Source: the human T2T-CHM13v2.0 reference genome, Homo sapiens. From it: 64,000 nucleotides of DNA. Position 1 is the stretch's first letter; each line of letters begins with the position of its first letter. Below, in pieces: positions 55,740-64,000 of this stretch. Made by a program: the position numbers and the translations under genes. The notes under the pieces are model-generated. The model was not told the origin of the DNA, did no database searches, and worked only from the letters and a program-made list of their open reading frames with translations. The stretch is from the NCBI RefSeq assembly GCF_009914755.1, contig NC_060928.1, one strand, 5' to 3'.

Positions 55740-57559
55740 TGATCTACCATTTGCTTGCATCAGAAATCACAATATAATACCTGCCAGTGGCACCAAGTAC
55801 CATTTAATGAGAGCTCTAAGTAAACCATCTTAAAATTTGAAGGATGTATTTCAGAATAACTCTAAGAGTATGTTATTTGTCTAAGTTCTTTTTACCTGCT
55901 GAGTCTCTTATGGGAAGTTAGTTTAATACCTATAATACCCATGGGATAAAATAATATTTTCTATTAATTTTGATTTTAGGGTGACTCTTAGTTTGGTAAT
56001 TACAAGATGGAGTAAGAAAAATCTATATTTCTCATCCTATTGTATATTTTACTTGAAGTTATTCTGAAATAATTTAATTATTATTATCCAGAACTGAGTT
56101 CTGGGTTTTTTTTATATATATGTGCCAATTTTTCATATAGTTTTCCATATTTTTTATAATTTTGGTCTGCATTTTGTTAATCATTTTCAGAATTGAATAA
56201 ATTCTTAGCTCATTAGCTTCAAAAATCCCCGCTTCCCCTCTGTGTGTGAAATAAGGACAATAAAATGTAAAACCCTCCAGTCTTTTTCCTCAAAAAAATT
56301 CTAAAAATAAACTTCAGTTTTATTAAAATAATCATTTATTCATTTAGTATTTTTTCTTTATATTTACAGATTATTACATATTGAAGAGGAGAAATGTAGA
56401 TAATTTTCCATCATTTTGTTCTTTGTTTTTCTCTTGTTGTCCTGTCTGTTTACTTAATAATAGATAGTGTCTTGATGTAGAATCATAATTGCCAAGTTTC
56501 TTCAAGGTAAAATATTTTAACCTTATAAAATGCATTATACTTTGCTATTTTTGGTAAATATATGCAGACTAAAATAATGCCAAAGAGAAACAAACTGTAT
56601 TTTTTAATAGAAAATGACATTTTGACCAAGGGACTGATAGGGTTTGGTAGGGTAGAATAAAAATAAATTTTTTTTAAAATCTTGGGTATACTCTAAGAAC
56701 ATATATATTTGCTATATATAAATACACACAAATATATGTTCTTAGAATAGAAGGCATGGTTTTGAATATGACATTTATTGATCAGTAACTTGCAAAATAT
56801 TTGGCAAATGTTTACCACTAATTTGGGGACTTTGGCCTATTTTTCCCCCTGCTTTGCCTCTCTGGAAATAATGAACATATTGATGGAGTAGCACTTACCC
56901 ACCTGAGGTTATGTATTAAGATGTTCCTGTAACATGAATACATAAATACTGAGATTTAGCACATTATGAAACAATTTCATTTGTGAACAAATGAAATTCA
57001 CTGACTCCTAGACAACTATTCTTTATCAATACTAACAGTTGAACTGAAAACTATAACTCTAAAGGTAATGGTTTTCTGCAGCTTCATGCCTTCTTAAGTT
57101 GAAAGGATTCTCCAAGAGAAGCATTCTTATATGAAAGATTTTAACTGACTTTAAAGTTTTACGTACGATTTTTGAAGTACAGACAGGAGAGAGGCAAATA
57201 TTCCCTTTATAAAGTGCTGCAGATATCTGATTTCATGAGGGTTCAAGATGTAAAATTCAGACAAGAAAAGTTTTCAAGGATCTGTTTCTCATCCTTCCCA
57301 GAATTGCCCTGGGGATGTGACATTGCTCCAGGTAAATTCTTTAAATAAATAGAATAGAAAAATATTTAAGGATACATGTTGTGTCCTTCCTTCTGTAGGC
57401 TTAGCTAGAAGTGATGCCTTAGTAATTTTCAACTAGTTCAGGCTTTAGATTGGAAGGATTAAAATGGCATTAAATGACCTGTTTTTTTCTTTAAGTTGAC
57501 CAGATATAAGATACCTATGTAAAAATAGTGGGTTTTTAAATCTTCCCAACAAACCACTA

Positions 57560-59800
57560 AAAATGCAATGGAAAAATATCAAACTCAAACAAAGGAGGAA
57601 ACTTATGAGATAATTAGGAATAAACATTAGATGTGCTCAAGGTCTTTATTAGAAAAGTATAAAACTTTAATAAAATATTTTTAAAATCTGAGTAAATGAA
57701 GAACACAAAACTGGAAGACTCAACAATAAATCTAACATTGATTCATGTTTTCCTCACTTAATAAACTTATTTAATTAAAAATCAGTCATAAAATAGGAAA
57801 ATTCTTAAATGGAAATTTTTTTTCCTCCCTAGTCAGGGAGAGTTCTTTGTTTTGTTCCAGAGACAGCCTTAACCTCTATTTTTCCTCTCTTCCTTCAATA
57901 TTTTAATCACTGACACTTTCTAGTATGTTCTAAAATCTAATAAAGTAAGTACTTTATCACCGATTTTTTAAAAGAAATATTTGTTTTTGTCAAAATTTAG
58001 GCTTCATTGTTTTGACAATAAAATGTATATTAATTTTAGAGTTTACTATGAATTTATAAATTAACTGATGGAGGATTGGCATTTTTATGGTGTTATAATT
58101 TTGAAAACATGGAGTCTCAGTTTTTGACAAAAAATAATATGTTCTTTGTGAATTTCAAAAATATTTTTAATGTAGTGGGTTTGTACACTTTATATAATCT
58201 GCTGTATTCCATATATTTGATTTTTGTACTATTAAATTTGATCAATCTTTCCTCAATTTTTATGAGTATTATAGTTAATTGTAAAAAATAACTTTTTAGT
58301 GTTTTTCTAGAATTATTTGCTCTATACAATTTGTTAGAATTTCTTTATAAAATCATATAGGCATTGAACTTTGTGGGAAATTATAACTTTATAGCTTTTT
58401 CCATTTCTCCAAATTGAACTTTTTTCTCTTCTCTCATCTAGTTTTCTTAAATTATATTTCTATAAAATTTTATAATTATCCATCTTTTCAAGTGCATGTG
58501 CATGAAAGCATATAAAACAGTTTTTAATGATTATTTTAATGTTGATATTACTAGGCTTAATTTCATCTATTTCTGTTGATTATGGTGGTAGTTCCCTGAC
58601 TCTGCACTTGTCATATCTCATCAAATTGTACTTTTAAAATTAGTGACTTTCCTGTATTTAAGTTAGACCCATCTATAGCTGATAAATTGCCATTATTGGT
58701 ATTTCATAATTTGTCCGTTTGATATAGTAACTTTGACTTCCCTCTTTTACAAATGTGGCCACAAGCATTCTAACTTTCTTCTTTTTCTTCCAATTTTTAA
58801 AATCTATTTCAGTATTAATATTGCATACAAAATTTTTATTTCATTTTATTTATGTAATCCTCACTTTTATGTGTTAAATAAAACACATTAGTCTTAGCGT
58901 GAGTTGGACTGTTAAATATATTCAATGCTCATTCCTGATTCCTTTTGTGGTAAGTTATTCAGTCACTACTTGGTTGTCCAAAATGAAATCTCCAGTAGTT
59001 TTTCCGATAAGTACCCATAGGAAAAGCAATTCATGAGATTTTCCAGCTTCAAAACTATTTGTAACTGGTCTTTATACTTGAGAGTTTGGCTAGGCACAAA
59101 ATCCTTGACTTATGTACTTTTTCTCCTTGTGTGTTTGTTAAGTGCCCTTCATTGCCTAATGGTGATAAATGTGGCTCTGAGAAAATTGAAGTTGGGTTGG
59201 CTTTCCCTCCTAATAATTCACTGCTCAATTTTCTTCACTGTCTGTAAGATTATCTATCTTTTGGGACCAGCAATCTTAGTGTTGAATGTTCTGGGTAACT
59301 TCTTCCCGGATTTTCTTCAAAGTGAAGTTACATGTCTACTTCATTTTAGAAGGCTCTTTTAAATTATAATTTTAAATAGTTGCTCTACTCCATTCTTGTT
59401 TATTTTCCATGGGAAATTAACTAGGTGCATGTTGGATCTATTCTATCTAACTTCAGTATTCTTATTTTGTCTTTAACTTATGTTAACTCTTTTCTCATAA
59501 CTGTTTCAATTGTTATATTGTTTTATATATATCTTCTGATGATTTCCCCTAATTCTATTCTTTCATTTAATATTTCTAATACCACCTTGTATTTGAGATG
59601 GTTTTATATGATCTTTCTTTTCCTTTCTCTGTCTTTGTTCAAATCTGATTTCATACCCTTTGCTCTCATCATCTTTTTTGAATAGTCATCTGTTCTAATG
59701 TTCAGTGTTCTTTATGGAAGTTCCTTCAATAAGTTTTGGGTTAAAAAATAAATCGGAAAATCTTTATTAATTATTTCAATTGCTTCATAGCAAATCACCT
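57560..59800. mobile_element. Cluster of ancient L1M/HAL1-like fragments in mixed orientation
   Basis: Plus-strand ORF2-like 57560-57750 (ctggaagactcaaca); minus-strand 57880-58520; plus-strand L1ME-like 3' end 58570-58685; minus-strand ORF1-like 59000-59800 (agtttggctaggcacaaaatccttg). Confidence 0.5.
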
Positions 59801-60920
59801 CAGATATACCTTTTCCAATTGTTAGGATCCTATCTATTTCATAAAGTAGATAGTATCTTAAATATAAAGTTTTTACATAACTTGGTAAGACTGTTAAATC
59901 ATGGATTCTGTAATTTAGCAGCACTTAGTTAGATTCAATCATAATACTTGTATGTTGGTGATATCAGCTCTAAGGGGATATTAATAAGAGATTACTATAA
60001 CATGATGAGAAACTTCCATTATCTAATTTCAAACTAGAATATAGAGATTTTGCTGTTTTTAAAATTTTGCTTTGATTTATACAATGCTATAAAGGTAATC
60101 AACATGACACATACTTCAAGATTTCTGATCATTTAAAAAATCTCTATTTTGAAGTGAATACACGGCTGACTCAAAGCAAACAGAAATAAACCTCTGTTCA
60201 TAGTTTGTGTTTATAGGTTAATATCACATTCCACCCTGATACTCTATTGTGACATAGCTAATTAAATTATTAATTTCTCTAAAGATTTATTGCCTGAAGT
60301 CTGTTCTGGCACAAATATGTGTTATAGCTAAAGTTCCTCTTTTTTTTTTCAAGAAAGAGAAATTGACTCAGAATAATGTACAAAAGAAAAAATATGTATA
60401 TGTAGATATATACATACATATTATATACACATAGATGTGTATGCTTGTGTATATGTAAGGAAAGATTATAAAAATTACCTAATGAGAATATAAAAACAAA
60501 TAATCCCTACAGATTTATGCTCAAGGAAAGACTCTTTAGGACACCAATGTTAAGATAAATTAGGCCCAACCTTTTTATCTTGTTGTTTCATTTTTCAAGA
60601 TACAAATTTCTGGAAGTAAGTTCCAAATTGAATTATTTCTGAATGGATGTTCACTCTTTGGCTAGGGAAGAGAATGCCATCCTTTATGGTAGAACACTCA
60701 TCACCTGATTAGATGAAAAGTGTTTCTCCCAATCATAATTATAATGCTATTATAAGAAGAGAGAATAAATTCCAGGCAGACAAAATCAGCAAACATCTAT
60801 TGTCTCAGTGTCCTCTTTGACTGTCATTGAAAATAAAATAATAAAATTTTATTTTTTTTTTGTTTCTAACAATCATTCTTAATAAAAAATTATTTGATCT
60901 TCACAATATAGCCATGAGTA

Positions 60921-61090
60921 CAGTAATTCTCATTGGCTTCACATTAGAATCAACTTAGAAGCTTAAAAAAGTTTCGATTTGAATGATCTAAAATTGGGGG
61001 TAAGGTTTTCTTTTAAATTAAAAAGTAACTATTTTTTTTTAACTGCTATCCCTGGTAATTATAATATGCATTAGGGATGAGACCAACCAG
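60921..61090. mobile_element. MER5-family hAT MITE
   Basis: ttggcttcacattagaatcaacttagaagctt...ccctggtaattataatatgca. Confidence 0.55.
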
Positions 61091-61094
61091 CTTT

Positions 61095-61298
61095 GCGGTT
61101 AACAAGGTTCTGGATGGAGTCAGACTGCATGAATTCAGATCCCAGCTAAATGTCTCATTTGCCTGGTGACATTGAGCAAGTTATTTAAACTCACTTGTTA
61201 ATTGGACTTCTTGCAAAGATTACATGAAATAATGTATTTAAATGCACTTAGTAGAATGCCTGGCACATTATAAGCACTCAATTACTGTTAGTTATTAT
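61095..61298 (+). mobile_element. MIR
   Basis: tggagtcagactgc...gtgacattgagcaagttatttaa...aatgcctggcacattataagcactcaat. Confidence 0.82.
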
Positions 61299-61705
61299 GA
61301 TTGGTGCTCAGTTTGGCTTCCCTCTTTCGAGATGTTTATCCTCCTCATACATCTTGTACTGCTCAATATTCTTTTATAATTTCAACTTCAGTAGGTAGAA
61401 GGACTTTTCTGCAAGTGTGCTCCTGGAGCTGGTGGGCATTGGGCTTTGTCACATGTATCAGTTCACAACAGGTGGTCTTCTCAATGAGAGTGGAGACCCC
61501 TAATAAGATGTTGAGAGGATTGAAACTTTCATCCAAATTGCTCTACCAGTACCATCATGATGGTAACTTAAAGTTTTGGATACATTTGTAAAATGGTTTC
61601 TGGATTTAAACAGGTCTGTATCTTTTTTATATTGATTTAGTCATTTCAGTATGAAATTTAGGAAGGGGTTAAACATGCATATTTTGTGAAATATTGATTC
61701 TCTTC

Positions 61706-63766
61706 TGTATTTGTCCATTTTGTGCTGCTATAACAGAAAGCCACAGATGATTGGGTAACATATAATGAATGAAAATGTATTGATTGACACTTCTGGAGGC
61801 TGGGAAGTCTAATATCAAGGTACCAGCATCTGGTGAGGACCTTCTTATAATGTCATTACATGGCATAAGGTGAGAGGATGAGAGAGTGGGAGGGGCTAAA
61901 CTCACCTTTTTATTATGCCATTACACCCATAAGGGCAGAGTCTTCAGTCTGATCACCTCTTAAAGGTCCCACCTCTTAATACTGTGAAAATGGCAATTAA
62001 ATTTCAACACGAGTTTTAAAGGAGACAAACATTCAAACCATATCCCTGGCCCTTCAAAACTCATCTTCTCACATATAAAATACGTTGATTCCATCCTAAA
62101 AGCCCCACAAGTTTTAACTTGTTCCAGCATCAACTCAGAAGTCCAAGTCCAAAGTCTCATCTAAATCAGACAAAGATGAGACTTAAGGAGCAATTCATCC
62201 TGAGACAAATTCCCCTCTAGCTGTGAGACTGTGAACTCAAGCATGGTAGTTATCTACTTCCAAAATGCAATGATAGCACAGACACAGAATAAATATTCCC
62301 AATTTAAAAGGGAGAATTACACAAAAAAAGGACAAATAGGTTCTAAGTAAGTCCAAAACCCAATAGTGTAAACAACATTAAATCTTTAGCCTGTAGAAAA
62401 TCTCTGATTTCCTGTCCTGCCTTGTGGGCTCTTTAGGGTGGGGTTTGGGCTCCCAAGGCCTTAGGGAGTATTGCCTCTATGGCTTTGCTAGGCTCAGCTC
62501 ATGCAGTAGCTCTAATAGGTTGCCCATACCTCTTCCAGGCTGGTGGTGTAGTTTAGTGTTTATATAATACTGGGTCTCAGGTGTGGTGCAACCCCTAACC
62601 CCCACCCCTGTGGACTTTCTGTGGCTACTCCACCCTTGTTTCTGGTCTCCATAGCATCCTTTGAAATTTAGGTGGAATCATCTACTACTCCCCAACTCAT
62701 GAACTCTGTGTGCCCACAGAATTAAAACTATGTGGACACTGGTGAGGTTCATCACCTGTACCTGCGAGAGCAACAGGTGGAGCCAACCTAGGATGGCTGG
62801 AGCCATGGCTGGGATGGCTGAGGAATGCTGTACTAGAATGTGGGGAGCAGTTACTTGAGGTAGTACAGGGCAGTGAATGCTAAGCTTCCATGGGCATGTT
62901 AAGCCTCTCCTTTGAAATTTTTCTGCTTTCAATGTCCTAGCATTCCAGGCTTATGATGGGAGGGCCAGCTTTGAAGATTTCTGAAATATCTCTGGGATCA
63001 TTCTTCCATTGTATTGATGAGTAGCACCTGGCTTTCTTCTATTCAAACTAATCTTATCAAAAGGCTGCTTGGTCATACCCTTGGTTTTCTCTCCTAAACA
63101 AGCCTTTTCATTCTTTACCTGACCAGGCTGGAAATTTTCTGTATCTTTATATTCTGTTTTACTTTTAATTATAAATTCCATCTTTAAATCATTTCCCTCT
63201 TCTCACATTTTACTATATGCAATTAAAAGGAGTCACACAGCACCCTGAAAGCTTTGCTGCTTACAGATTTCTTCCATCAGATACCCTAGTTCATTGCTCT
63301 TCAATTCTGTCTTCCATAAAGCCTTTGGGCAGGAACACAAGCCAGCCAATTTCTTTGACATTTTGTAACAGGGTGACCCTTTATCCAGTTTCCAATAAGA
63401 TATTCCTCATTTCTAAGACTTCATCAGAATGTTCTTCAATGTTCATATTTCTATCAACATTTTGATATTAACCAGTAATGTAATCTCTAAGAAGTTTGAG
63501 ACCTTTCTTACACCTTTCCTCTTTTGAGCCCTGAACAGAATTACCCTACATGCTTCATTCATGGAAATACAGGTTTGTTTGTTTTTTCCAGTGTCTACTC
63601 ACTACCCAGTTTCATAGCCATTCCTGCATTTTCAGGTATTTGTTAAATCAACACTCCATTTCTCTGGTATCAATTTCTGTCTTAATATATTTTGTGCTGT
63701 TGCAGAATACCACAGATGGAGTAGTTTATAATAAACAGAAATTTATTGGCTCACAGTTCTGGAGGC
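61706..63766 (-). mobile_element. MST (MSTC/D-like) MaLR: 3' LTR 61706 to ~62043, internal to 63677, 5' LTR from 63678 (interrupted)
   Basis: ttctggaggctgggaagtc...tggcaattaaatttcaacacgagtttt...caaacattcaaacca; internal region ends ctggtatcaatttc; second LTR repeats tttgtgctg...ttctggaggc. Confidence 0.82.
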
Positions 63767-64000
63767 TGATGCCATCCAAAAGACCATCAGGATGGCTAAA
63801 TAGTAGAAAGGAAAGCTTTATTGGTGATATTAGTTTGCAAATGGGGAAGAAACAGTCTTCAGCATGTGCCAAAGGTGCTCTCTCTTTGATGAGGTGAAGA
63901 GCAGCTTGGTTTTGTGCCTCACATAAAACATACATCCCATGTTCACTTTGGGGTGGAGGGCAATAAAATGAGGTAAAATTTGGCTCTTTATGTCAAAAAG
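63767..64000 (-). mobile_element. Unassigned ERV1-like LTR inserted in the MST 5' LTR; runs off the window end
   Basis: MST homology stops abruptly at TG (tgatgccatcc); minus-strand AATAAA (ctttattgg near 63807). Confidence 0.6.

Noticed and set aside
56464-56506. Possible plus-strand exon (tag|atagtg...caag|gtaaaa)
   Set aside because: Stops in all three frames, weak donor and no supporting neighbouring exons
62856-62865. tgaggtagta, matching the let-7 5' end (also tgaggtag at 1141 and 41943)
   Set aside because: Match stops at 8-10 nt, no hairpin partner seen, and the best one lies inside MaLR internal sequence

Overview
AT-rich, CpG-depleted primate (human-like) genomic DNA, most likely intergenic or deep intronic. 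I can support no protein-coding gene, RNA gene, CpG island or CRISPR array, and every long ORF maps inside a transposable element. Interspersed repeats dominate: about a dozen Alu/FLAM copies, old L1M/L2/MIR fragments, a twin-primed inverted L1PA, hAT and Tigger MITEs, and many LTR elements. The LTR elements are a full-length THE1B, a full-length THE1A nested in the LTR of a full-length THE1C-like element, an MST-type MaLR, two solo LTRs, and a 5.3-kb non-autonomous MER61-type provirus. That provirus has a tRNA-Lys-like PBS and only tiny gag and env remnants. Subfamily names come from recalled consensus sequences and need RepeatMasker/Dfam confirmation; boundaries of old elements are approximate. 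I did not find a convincing novel biological system. The findings are unusual insertion architectures, palindrome clusters and candidate regulatory or splice signals.
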